64,000 bases of DNA from Mobula hypostoma. Its lineage: Eukaryota. Positions 50,336 through 62,565 of this stretch are shown here, one piece after another. The notes beneath the pieces are model-generated. The model was not told the DNA's origin and made no database searches. It worked only from the letters and a program-made list of their open reading frames with translations. Position 1 is the first letter of the stretch; each line of letters opens with the position of its first letter. A program made the position numbers and the translations under genes. The DNA is taken from contig NC_086097.1 of assembly GCF_963921235.1 (NCBI RefSeq), positions 24,306,001-24,370,000 on the forward strand, read 5' to 3'.

Positions 50336-51250
50336 ACTGGCCCCCTCCTTTACTCTCTGTACACCCATGACTGTGTCGCCACCCACAGCTCCAATCTGCT
50401 AATTAAATTTGCTGACGACACTACATTGATTGGCCTTATCTTGAATAATAATTAGGCAGCCTATAGAGAAGAAGTCATCACCCTGGCACAGTGGTGTCAA
50501 GAAAACAACTTCTCCCTCAATGTTGTAAAAACAAAGGAGCTGGTTGAGGACTACAGGAAGAAGTGAGACAGGCTAATCCCTATAGACATCGATGGAATTG
50601 GGGTTGGGAGGTTGAACAGCTTTAAGTTCCTCAGCATACACATCACCGGGGACCTCATGGGGTCTGTACACACCAGCTGTGTGGTGAGGAAGGCACGACA
50701 GCACCTTTTTCACCTCAGACGGTTGAAGAAGTTTCAGTCCCCATATCTTAAGGACTTTTTACAGGGGCACAATTGAGAGCATCCTGACTGGCTGCATCAC
50801 TGCCTGGTATGGGAACTGTACCTCCCTCAATCACAGGACTCTGCAGAGAGTGGTGCAGACAGCTCAGCACATCTGTAGATGTGATCTTCCCTCTATTCAG
50901 GACATTTACAAAGAACGGTGCGTAAAAAAAACCTGAAGGATCATTCGGGACCCGAGTCACCCCAACCACAAACTGTTCCTGCTGGCACCATCTGGGAAAT
51001 GGTACCTCAGCATAAAAGCCAGGACCAACAGGCTCTGGGACAGCTTCTTCCACCAGGCCATCAGACTGATTAATTTGTGCTGATACAATTGTATTTCTAT
51101 GATATATTGACTGTCTTGTTGTACATACTATTTATTACAAATTACTGTGATTGCACATTGCACATTTAGACAGAGACATAACGTAAAGATTTTTACTCTC
51201 CATGTATGTGAAGGATGGAAGGAATGAGGTCAATTCAATTCAATTCAATT
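50336..51250 (+). mobile_element. Rex1/Babar LINE 3' half nested in an antisense Rex1-like element (~50130-51730)
   Basis: PLLYSLYTHDC..LIKFADD..LSLNV.KTKEL..IESILTGCITAWYG; (CAATT)n tail. Confidence 0.85.
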
Positions 51251-52188
51251 CAAATCATAGGTAATGAGAACTAGGGGCAGCTGGGAGTTCAGTAGTCTTA
51301 AGGTTTGGGGAGAGAAGCAGTCTCCCATCTTAATAGTCATCATCCTAATGCTATGGTACCTCCTGTCTGATGGTAGGGGGGGTGGGGTCAAAGAGTTGGT
51401 GTTGAGGGACCAGGTGCCATCATTCATTATGTCTGCTCCCAGAAACTGGGTGCTCCTGTATCTGTTTCTCTCCACAGAGGAGCCGTTTATGGGCAGTAGG
51501 AGTGGTCAGCTTGCACCTTCCTGAAGTCCACAATCGTCTCCTTGGTCTTGTTCACATTGAGGCTCAAGTCATTGTGCTTGCACTATTCTGCCAGCCGCTC
51601 CACCTCCTCTCTGTACGCCGTCTCAGCGTCGTTGTTGATGAGGACAACCACTGATATGTCACCAGCGAACTTGAGGATTCATTTTGAAATGGATCTAGCA
51701 GTGCAGTCATATGTCAGCAGTGTGAAGAGCAGCTGGGAAAGGGCTGAAGCAAGAGCTGGCAGGTGATAGGTGATGGGATCCATTTGAGGTGGTGGGGATT
51801 TTGATAGGCAGATGAAGTAAGTATCTAAAGATACTTCAGAGCAGGGTAAAGGTGACGGGAGGAAGGAAAGGTTATCAATGGTCAATAAAGTGGGTTTGAG
51901 AATGTTCTTAAAGGAGAAGGAAGCAGAACAGAGAATTGGGTTTAGAACACGATACATATAGCACAGGATCAAGGATCAACTTTATTCACCATTGTGTAGA
52001 TTTACGTGTATTAAGAGTTACATATATCCCTCTACTCACTGTTACCACCAGGAAGGAGGTACAGAAGCCTGAAAGCACACACTCATTGATTCAAGAACAG
52101 CTTCTTCCCCTCTGCCATCTGATTTCTGAATAGATATTGAACCACCATCTCAACTGCTTTTTACTTTTATTGTTTTCGTTACTGTATA

Positions 52189-53580
52189 CAGTCTCTATAA
52201 CAAGTATTCATCTTTGGAAGTTTTCATATTTTATTGTTTTATAACATTGAATCACAGCGGATTTAATTTGGATTTTTTGACACTGATCAACAGAGATTAT
52301 TTTGTGTCAAAGTGTATGCAGTTCTCTACAAAGTGATCTAAATTAATTACAAATATAAAACACAAAATAATTGATAGCATAAGTATTCACCCCCTTTAAT
52401 ATGACACACCAAATCATCACTGGTGCAGCCAATTGGTTTTAGAAGTCACAGAATTAATTAAATGGAGATCTGTTTATGGAGACCCGTGTGCAGTCAAGGT
52501 GTTTCAGTTTGACTGTGGAAAAAATACCTGTACCTGGAGGGTTCAACTGCTTGTGAGTCAATATCCTGGCAAAAACTACACCATGAATACAAAAGAACGC
52601 TCCAACTAAGTCCACAAAAAAGTTATTGAAAGGCACAAGTCAGGTGATGGATACAAGAAAATTTCCAAGTTATTAAATATCCCTTGGAGTACAGTTAAGT
52701 CAATCATCAAGAAACGGAAAGAATATGACACAGCTGTAAATCTGCCTAGAGCAGGTCGTCCTCAAAAATTGAGTGACCGTGCAAGAAGGGGACTAGTGAG
52801 GGAGGCCACCAAGAGATTTATGACAACTCTGGAGGAGTTAAAAGCTTCAATAACAGAGAAGGGAGAGACTGCGCATACAACAACTGTTGCCTGGGTGCTT
52901 TACCAGTCGCAGCTTTATGGGAGAGTGGCAAAGAGAAATCCACTGTTGGAAAAAAAATTCAGATGAAATCTCAGCTAGAGTTTGCCATAGGCATGTGGGA
53001 GACTCTGAAGTCAGCTGGAAGAAGGTTCTATGGTCTGATGCTGAGGGAGTGCTTCACTGCAGCAGGCCCTGGAAAGGTAGAAGGTAAAATGAATGCAGCA
53101 AAATACAGGGAAATCCTGGAGGAAAACTTCATGCAGTCTACAAGAGCACTATGACTTGGGTAAGATTTGTTTCCTAGCAAGACAACGACCCCAAGCATAA
53201 AGCCAAAGCTACACAGGAATAAAAACAACATAGTTAATAGCCTGGAGTGGCCAAGTCAGAGTCCAGACCTCAATCTAATTGAGAATTTGTGGCTGGACTT
53301 GAAAGGGGATGTTCACTCATGATCCCCATGCAATCTGACAGATCTTGAGCAGTTTTGTAAAGAAGAATGGGGAAAAATTGGAGTGTCCAGATGTGCAAAG
53401 CTGATAGAGACCGATCCACAGAGACTCAAGGCTGTAATTGATGCCAAAGGTGCATCTATTAAATGCTGACTTGAAGTGGGTGAGTAATTATGCAATCAAT
53501 TATTTTGTCTTTAATAATTGTAATAAATTTTGACCAATTTGTAGAAATTTGGTTTCACTTTGACACAAAAGAGTCTTTTC
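52189..53580 (+). mobile_element. Degraded Tc1 transposon (second family), right end truncated
   Basis: TA-CAGTCTCTATAACAAGTATTCA TIR with inner DR AAGTATTCACCCC (52381); pseudo-ORF 52583-53469 with GRPQKL, WKKVLWSD, QDNDPKH, WPSQSPDLNLIENLW. Confidence 0.9.
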
Positions 53581-54967
53581 TGGAATTCACAGTTTTTTTT
53601 TCTCTATTATCACGTATTACATTGTACTGCTGCCACAAAGGTAACAGACTTCACGACACATGCCGGTGATATTAAACCTGATTCTGATTCTGAATTTGCT
53701 CTGGTGTGTTGGCATGACATGCAACAAGAAATAACAACATTCAACGGTTTCAAAGAATCATATAAAAATTCATTGGCGGTATGCACATGGAGTTAAATAT
53801 GCATAAATACATAAATACCAGCATGTATTTACAATGTAAAGGTACATCGTGGTAGTAGGTCCTTCCTTCCAACTGAAACTGCGCCGCCCAATGATAGCCA
53901 TGTGACCAATCAACATGCTAACTTTGGAGTGGGGGAGGAAACTGGAGCACCCAGAGGAAACTGACAGTGTTATGGGGAGGATGTACAAACTCCTGATAGA
54001 CAATAGTGGACATTGAATCTACTGTAGGTCACCATCACTGTAATAGTGTTATGTTAACCACTACATTTCCGTGCTGCCCTAATACTTTAAAAATGTTTAT
54101 AATGTAAACAGCATTATAAAAAGTGGTTGAAAGTGCATTGTAATGACTGAGGTAATAGATCCAGGGGTGGTGTGGAAGGAGCCTACATCAGAATGGGCCC
54201 TTTGCCATGTGATGTTGTGCTGCCTTTACAGCTCCTCCCTGATCAATCTAACCCCTCCCTCCTAAACAGCCCATGGCCCCCTGTAGAGAGGTAGAAGTCT
54301 GAAGACAGAGAAGCAGGAATCTTCCTTTATAAACCAGGTACAGTATGTTCTACACTTCTTCACTTCAACCTTGGTTGGGTAGCTGATCGAACACGGGTTC
54401 AAGCCATCCCATCAGGAAACCAGGAGCCCCGCTCCTTTGTGACCGAGTAGACTCTGGTTGGCAGGGTTTCCTTGGCCTGACGTCTGTGCCCTGCTACTCA
54501 TGCAGCAGGTGTAGTTTCAGTGCAGCTGTGGCCTTCAGCTGTTAACTCTCATTCTAAGGCTGTTGCTGAAATTTGAAGCCATGTCACGGACATCTCTATT
54601 CACACATGGAGAGCCAGAGAGCCTCAGTCCCGTGTGGGACTCTTTGTTGCATGTAATCCAACCTTGAACATCTAGATTTAGATCTTTTTTTGCATTTAGA
54701 TTCTGAGGTACAGGCCTTTCCGGTCTAATGAGCCCATGCTGCCCAGTTATACCCATGTGACCAATCAACCTCTTTAGGATGTGGGAGGAAACCCACAGGG
54801 TTAAGAGGAGGACATATAAACTTCTTACAGACACCAGCTGAATTGAACCCAGGTCACTGACACCTTGATAGCATTTCACTAACCTCGATGCTACCCTGCC
54901 ACCCTTAACCTCTGTTCTAATTCCTGGACACAAACTGGACTTTGACAAGTAGATCCTTTACCTAAAT

Positions 54968-55047
54968 CAGGGGTTCCCAACCTGGAGTCAACGGACCCCT
55001 TGCTTAATGGTATTTGCCCATGGAATAAAAAGGGTTGGGAACCCCTG
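54968..55047. mobile_element. 80-bp hAT (Charlie-like) MITE
   Basis: Perfect 15-bp TIRs CAGGGGTTCCCAACC / GGTTGGGAACCCCTG; flanks ACCTAAAT and ATCTATAG (5/8 match) resemble the NTCTARAN hAT target. Confidence 0.85.
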
Positions 55048-55527
55048 ATCTATAGTGTGCTTCGTGCTTAGAGTCATCCAGTAGATCGATACAGTGTGGA
55101 AAACATGTCAAATCACCTTTGCCGACCAAGTTACCAAATAGAGCTAGTCCCTTTTGCTCATGTTACGTCCATATCCCTCGATACTCTTGTACCTATGTGA
55201 CACACACATACCATCCCCAGTTCAGGCCATGCTGAACCCTTTAGCTCTGGACTCTTGGACTCACAGATATCGGATCTCCAAGCTTTGGTGCCAGCCTAGG
55301 CTCGCAGACATTGGGCCTCGGACTTCCAGGCATGCTGACCCAGGATTTCAAATTTCGGCCCTCTACCTCTGGGCTCCTGACTTCAGAATTCGACCTTCGA
55401 GCAATAGAAAAGAAGAAAACAGAGATAAAAGTGTTTCTTGTCCACTCTGATCCTAAAACTCTCCTACGATTCACACCGTCAGCTCTCAGAGGGCTGAGGA
55501 TTATATAAACAACGCACCCTCATGATA

Positions 55528-55711
55528 ATACAGGAGATTCTGCAGATGCTGGAGATCCAGAGTAGCACGCACAAAATACTGGAGGAAATCAGCAGGTCAA
55601 GCAGTATCTATGGATGTAGAGAAGTCCTGATGAAGGGTTTCAGACCAAAAGATCATTCCTTTCCATAGATGCTGACTGTCTTGCTGAGCACCTCCAGTTT
55701 TTTGTGTGTTA
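55528..55711. mobile_element. Inverted-pair Penelope pseudo-LTR element
   Basis: Same arms as 13775; AGTCCTGATGAAGGGTTTCAGACC hammerhead remnant at ~55623. Confidence 0.75.
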
Positions 55712-56642
55712 CCTTCATGAGAAATTTTACTAGGAAAATAATTTTGGAATTATTTTATTTTTTTGTAAAACAGTTGCAGCTTTGTTAGTTCACCAAGCAT
55801 AGACAACATAATTTCAGTAAATTTAGAGGAAAATCACATATTAATTATATAATAAAATTTAGTGTTTAAATGTACTATATTTTATGAGTGTTAATTGCTC
55901 AGAATTAAAGGGAGTTATCAAAACTGCACTAGCTTTACAAGAAGAAGTAATTCCAAGATCACTTTCAACTAATGAACCTAAATTCTAATGGAAAATCTAC
56001 TTGACATTGTTGAACGAACCTTACAGAGAAGAGAGAGTGTCAACTGGCATGAAGAATTTTGCAAACACAGGAATGTGTTCAAACAAGAATTTAAATATAG
56101 ATGCTTCATGAAGACGATATAGTGAAGAATGAATATTTAGAAATGCTGGTTTTTTTTATAAATATAAAAGCAAATTTTTTATTTTGTATTGCTTATCTCC
56201 AGCTGGTTTTCTCTGGTCTCCAAGAGGTGTACCTAATAAGTATTGTTCTTATCAGTGTCAGATCCAGACTTGGTACAGTAAAGTGATAAATGGTTATAAC
56301 TTTTTGTCTTTGTATCCATCACTAACTTGCCAAGGTAGTGTAGCAGTTAACGCAAAGCTATTAGAGCTCGGGGCATCGGAAATCAGAGTTCAGTTCCCCT
56401 TTCCTCTGTAATGAGTTTGCACATTCTTCCCATGAGCGTGTAGGTTTTCTCTGGGTGCTCCAGTTTCCTCTCACGGTCCATGGACATACCGGTCAGTAGG
56501 TTAATTAGTCATTGCAAATTGTCCCGTGGTTAGGCTAGTGTGTGGTTGGTGGGAGGTGCAGCTCGTTGGGCCACAAGGTCTTGTTCCATACCGTATCTCT
56601 AAGTGAAAAAACAATGTACTTTTGTCAGAAGGTAAAAGACGG

Positions 56643-56933
56643 GAAATAATAAATCTCGAGAAGAAATCGCATCGAAGATAATCAATGTCGAGGAATATGG
56701 GATAAAGAAATGTGGATGGGCAGGAGAGATTACTTGATGAATAATTAATGTCCAGGATTGAAATATAGAGAATAATAAAAGACAAAGGGAGATTAGGCTG
56801 TGGAAAATAATGAACATCTAAGAATGATTTATAGAGAATAATGAAAGACTCAAGGTGATATAAAGCATAATGAATGTTTAGGTGAGATTACACAGAATAA
56901 TTAATGTCAAGGAGTGATTACATAGAGATTAAT
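56643..56933. repeat. Degenerate ~31-bp minisatellite, about 9 units
   Basis: Units such as GAATAATTAATGTCCAGGATTGAAATATAGA and GAATAATTAATGTCAAGGAGTGATTACATAGA. Confidence 0.65.
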
Positions 56934-57519
56934 TTGCTAGACAGTATGAAAGCAGGTGGTTCTAGTAATTTTGGAAACTGCAGTACTAAAATATTACAAT
57001 GTTATATTTGCTCGGTTTACCAAGAAACAGTTGTATAACAATATTTGCATATGGAACGAAGGGCAGTGCGCTCTCATAATGTGAAATGGGGCAGAGTGCG
57101 CAAGTGCTTCAATAATACAGGCTGATCAAACATGAGATTTTATTGCATGACTCTTGCTTGATGACTTTCTGATATTTGCTGTACCAAAGGAACTGAGACT
57201 GAGACAATCATTCCCATGAGGAGAGTGCACATAGATCATGGTCAATCTGTATCTTCGCGACTTTCCTTTCATGGTTTCATCCTCTAATACTTGTATTCCA
57301 AAAACAAAGATCTATCCCAGTTCTGAATTTTTTATGCCCTCCAGATCTGCCCCAGGCCTTCTGTATCCTTTCATGGAATTAGTGCTTGCTCACTTCACTA
57401 CTGTCTGGCATAGCTCGAATCTTAAGGTAATGCTCCATGTTATCCCCGCCTATTCAGTTCTCCTACCTGTGGGAAAGATATCACAATATGGCCATCTATT
57501 CTGTGTATTTACCTGCAGA

Positions 57520-59070
57520 AAAGGTATTAATAAGCTTGAAAGTGTGCACAGTCGATTAAGAAGAATGCTGCCAGGACTTGAGGAACTCAGTTGTAGGGAA
57601 AGGTCGAACACAATAGGACTTTATTTCCTGGTGTGCAGGAGAATGATTGGAGATCTTCAAAGGTTTCAAAGGTACAATTTAATGTCAGAGAAATGTATAC
57701 AACATACATCCTGAAATGCTTTTTCTTCGCAACCATCTACAAAAACAGAGGAGTGCCCCGAAGGATGAATGACAGTCAAATGTTAGAACCCCAAAGGCCC
57801 CCCAGCTCTCCCCTCCCATGTGTAAGAGACAGCAAGCAACAATCCCCCTCCCCCCACGGTTAAAAAAAAAAGCATCAGCACCCGCCACTGAGCACTCAAG
57901 CGTGAGCAAAGCAACAGTAACGACACAGACTAGCAGTTACCCCAAAGACTATATTGTTCACCCGGCCTTCGACATACCACAGGCTCTCTCTCTCTCCCTA
58001 ATAAGGGAGAAAAACATGTCTCCGTTTCACAGTGAGAGGGGAGACATAACAAACAACTCGGTGGTTTACTATGTTAAAAGTCGGCTATGTCGCTTTTAGC
58101 GTGCTTTGTGCCCAAAGATCACGAGGCTCTGGGAACACAGCCGCAGATATACTGACTCCCCCGACGACACATGGGTCTCCTGTCATGACACCGACACTCA
58201 ATCCGCCCATCTCCAGAGGCCCGAGATCCTAGGATTCCACAGCCGAGTCGAGTACTTAGACTGAGCCCTTGGCGTGCCGAACAACGGCCAGTCCTGAAAC
58301 CCCAAGACCATGTCCTATTCCCGCAAAGAACCGTGGTCAGCGTGTCACTCCAGGTCAGGGACTTCAAAAGAACCCTGAAAGGGAAAAAATAAAGATATTA
58401 AAGATGGAAATAGAGCTGTTTCCGAAGATGCAAGTTGCCGTTTAGCACTCCGCTCCACCTTCAGAGGTATACAAAATTATGAGGGGTGGCATGGTAGCTT
58501 AGTGGTTAGCACAACACTTTACAGCACCAGTGGCCTGGGCTCAATTCCCTCCGCTGTCTGTCGAGAGTTTGTATGTCTGGGTCCTCCGGGTGCTCCAGTT
58601 TCCACCCACAGTCCAAAAATGTATTGGTTGGTAAGTTAATTAGTTGTTGTAAATTGTCCTGTGTTCAGCCTAGGGTTAAATAGGGGGCCGCTAGGTGGCA
58701 CAGCTTGAAGGGCTGGAAGGGCCTACTCCACTGTTCATCTCAGTAGATAGGGTGAAAGCAGGCAAGATTTCCCCCTCATTCTGACTGAGACTGGAACTGG
58801 ACGTCATAGGTTTAGGGTGAAAGGTGGAATACTTAAGAGGAATCTGAGGTGCAGCTTCTTCATTCAAAGGGTGGTGTGAATGTGAAACAAACTGCCAGCA
58901 CAAATGGTAGATGGGGCTTCAAATGTAAACTTAAGAGAGGTTTTGATAGGTGCGTGGATGGGAGAGGTATGGAGGGCTGTGGCCCAAGTTCAGGTAGGTG
59001 GCACTACGCAGAAGACTAGGCCCGCATCGACTAGCTGGGCACAAGGGCCTACTTCCATGTTGTAGTTAAT
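57520..59070 (+). mobile_element. CR1 3' end split by two insertions (~57658-58458 non-coding element; ~58488-58741 SINE)
   Basis: RRMLPGLEELS..RRMIGDL | EVYKIMRG | VDRVKAG..FFIQRVV segments are colinear once the inserts are removed. Confidence 0.75.
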
Positions 59071-60527
59071 GATTCAATGGATGGATCCAAAACTGGACCC
59101 CAATTGAGGAAAAATTACTTTCTATCATTTGTAAAATTGATTTTTTTAGGAATGAATGTACCATCACTGGTACAGCCAGCACTTGTTGTTCAACCCCAAA
59201 TTTTCCTGCAAAGGTGGTGCTGAGCCACCATCTTGAACCACTGCAGTACCTCTAATTGTAGGTACTCCAGGCTGGAGAGGTTCCCAGGACTAAGTCCCAA
59301 GATTTAGCCCCAGTGGCTATGAAGGACCAGCTCTGAATTTTATAATCAGGACAGTTATTAAAATTGGAGGAGCACTTGTAATTGCTTGTGTTCCCATGCA
59401 CATTCTGGCCAGTCCTTGGTTGTAGAGGTCATGGGTTTGTGAATAATCTCAGAAGTTATTGCAGTGCATTTTGTGGATATGAGGGGGAAGCAGCATGGTA
59501 GTGTAGTGGTGATTGTTAGACTATTAAGGCACCATTGACTTGGGTTCAGTTCCACCGGTCTTTGTAAGGAGTCTGTATGGTCTCCCTGTGACCAAGTGTC
59601 CTTGTAGAGATCCAGGAGTTGTGAAAATGAGTCACCCATCAAGGACCTGGTCTCTGAACTCATTCTCACAGCCACAGTATTGTGCGAGCAGTTTGTTACC
59701 AATGGCAACCCGCAGGGACTAGATGATGGAGGACAATAACGATCAGCCAATTCCATCAGGGGCACAAACCTTCCCACCATTGAGGACAAATGGTTGACAG
59801 AGCAGATGGTGACTATCGATGACATCTTCAACAAGTGTAACCTCAAGAAGGCAGCATTCATCATTAAGGACCCTCACCACCCAGGACATGCCCCCTTCTC
59901 ATAACTACCAATAGGGAGGAGGTAGAGGAGTCTGAAGACCAACATTCAAAGGCGCATTTTACTATCACAGTTTGTTTGCAGAATACAACTCTGAAATTTG
60001 TCTTCTCCTGGTAGCCATTGAATTCAGGAAACCATAGAAGTAGTTGAAAGAAAGACATCAATTTCCACACCCCCCTTCACCCGATGAAAAGAAAAAGACT
60101 CAAAAACTCGCAAACCCTAAAACCCCTACCCCTCCCTTACACAAAAACTAACAGATCACCAAAAACTAACTCTTGACAGTTTAGGAATAGGTTGTTCCCC
60201 TCTGGCATCAGATTTCTGAATGATCTGATGAACACTAACTTGCTCTTTTCTGCTCTTTGTATTTTTATATTGTAACTTGCAGTCATTTTTTTTTGCCTTG
60301 CCACAAAACAGATTTCAAGACACATTTCAAAGTTCAAAGTAAACTTATTATCAAGTACATGTATGTCACCATATACCCTGAGATTCATTTTCTTACAGGT
60401 ATTTACAGTTAATACAAGAAATACAATAGATTCAATGAAAGACTTCACCCAACAAGACAGACAAATAACCAATGTGCGAAAGAGAATAAACAGTACAAAT
60501 ACAATAATAAATAAGATAAGCAAGCAA

Positions 60528-60822
60528 CCTGTTAGTCTTGCGAGACCATGGATCTGCACCTGGAAAGTCTTCACTCTCCAGGGCGCAGGCCTGGGCAAGG
60601 TTGTATGGAAGACCAGCAGTTGCCCATGCTGCAAGTCTCCCCTCTCCACCACACCAATGTTGTCCAAGGGAAGGACATTAGGACCCATACAGCTTGGCAC
60701 CAGTGTCGTCACAGAGCAATGTGTGATTAAGTGACTTGCTCAAGGACACGACACGTTGCCTCGGCTGGGGCTCGAACTCACAATCTTCAGTTCGCTAGTC
60801 CAATGCCTTAACCACTTGGCCA
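60528..60822 (-). mobile_element. tRNA-derived SINE with an RTE-derived 3' tail
   Basis: Reverse complement: TGGCCAAGTGG A box, GTTCGAGCC B box, TGTCCTTGAGCAAGTCACTTAA core; tail 38/41 identical to the RTE 3' end at 22431-22471; CAAGCAA repeated at 60521 and 60821. Confidence 0.88.
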
Positions 60823-61089
60823 AGCAATAACTATTGTAAATATCGAGAACATGAGATGAAGTGTCTTTTAAGGTGAGTCATAGGTTTTGGGATCACTTCA
60901 GTGATGGGGCAACTGAAGTTGAGTGAAGGTTGAAGAGCCTGATGGTTGAGGGGTAGTAACTGTTCCTGGACCTGGTGGTGCGAGTCCTGAGGTTCCTGTA
61001 CCTTCTTCATGATCGCAGCAGCAAAGAGAGAGCATGTCCTAGGTGGTGGAAGTCCCTGACAATGTTGTGGCTGTCCTGTGACATATCAA

Positions 61090-62565
61090 CGGCATGTGTC
61101 GTGAAATTTGTTAACATAGCAGCAGCAGTCCAATGCAATATATAACATAGAAGAAGAAGAAGGAAGTAATAATAATAATAAAAAAAAGAAGTAAATCAAT
61201 TACCGTATATATATATTGAATAGATTGAAAACCATGCAAAAACCAGTATAAATATATATTAAAAAGTTAGGTAGTATTCTTGGATTCAATGTCCATTTAG
61301 GAAGTGGATGGCAGAGAGGAAGAAGTTGTTCCTGAATCGCTGAGTGTGTGCCTTCAGGCTTCTGTACCTCCTACCTGATGGTAACAGTGAGAAAAGGGCA
61401 TGCCCTGGGTGCTGGAGGTCCTTAATAATTGACACTGCCTTTCTGAGACACCACTCCTTGAAGGTATCCTTGGCTTACAGTGCACCTTTGCTGATAGAGA
61501 TTGTGGAGGAGATGTTTTTGCCAATATAAACTTACTGGCATCTGCAAGTGAGGAAATCCAGGATCCATTTGCACAGGATGTTGAACCCAAGGTCTTGAAG
61601 CTTATTGAGTAGTTTTGGGTGGCGGGGGGGTGATCGCATTAAATGCCAAACTGTATTCAATGAACAGCATCTTTATATATGCATCTTTGCTGTCCAGATG
61701 TTCCAGGGTTAAGTGAAGAGTCTATGAAATAGCATCTGCTGTGGACCTGTCGTGCTGGTAGGCAAATTGGAGCGGATCCAAGTCACCTGTCAGGCAATAG
61801 TTGATATGTTTCAACACCAACCTCTCAAAGTACTTACCAAAGTGGATGTAAGTGCTACTAGATGATAGTCACTGAGGGTGGTTACCATGTTCTTCTTTGG
61901 CACTGGTTTAAATGAAGCCTGCTTGAAGCAGCTGGGTACCTCAGACTGCCAAAATAAGAGCTTAAAGATATCAGTTAACCCTCCAGCTAGTTGCTCAGCA
62001 TGGGTTTTTATTACTCAGCCTGGTACCCCTTCAGGGCCAGATGCTTTCATGGATTCACCTTCTGGAAGGATGCTCTCACGTTGCCTCAGAGACTATAATC
62101 ACGGTCATCGGGGCCTATGGGAATTCGCAAAGGTGTCTCCATGTGTTGATGATCAAAGTGAACATGAGAGGCATTGAGCTCATCTGGGCGTGAAGCCTTG
62201 CTGTCACCAATGTCACATGGTTTCACTTCATAGGAGGTGATAGTGTCCAAGCCCTGCCACAGCTGTTGAGCATCTTTCAGTGATTCAAGTTTGGCCCGGA
62301 ATTGCCACTCTGCACGTGAGATGGCTTTCCGGAGACCGTAGCTGGATTTCACTTGGTCACCAGGCCTGAGTGCCACTGCTCTGGCCCTCAGCAGATTGCA
62401 GATCTCATGGTTCATCCAGGGTTTCTGGCCGAGGAGGACACTGAATGATATCATGGGGGCACACTCATCCACGACTGTTTTAATAAAGTCCATGACAATC
62501 GTGGTGTGTGCATTCAGATCTTCTGACAAATCCTTGAACACAGTCCAGTCCACCGACTCAAAGCA
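61090..62565 (-). mobile_element. Rex1/Babar LINE fragments (two pieces)
   Basis: ORF 62086-62553(-) DWTVF..FIKTVVDEC..QKPWMN..LWQGL.TITSY..PDELN; 61090-61465 matches 38730-39100. Confidence 0.8.

Noticed and set aside
56643..56933. CRISPR-like periodicity (~31 bp)
   Set aside because: Units are contiguous and diverged with no unique spacers, no cas genes, and the context is eukaryotic.
60137..60734. 191-aa and 123-aa overlapping ORFs
   Set aside because: They span a SINE and LINE 3' UTR fragments and show no protein-family motif.
60760..60822. tRNA gene
   Set aside because: A and B boxes continue into a SINE body and RTE tail; it is a SINE head, not a full cloverleaf.
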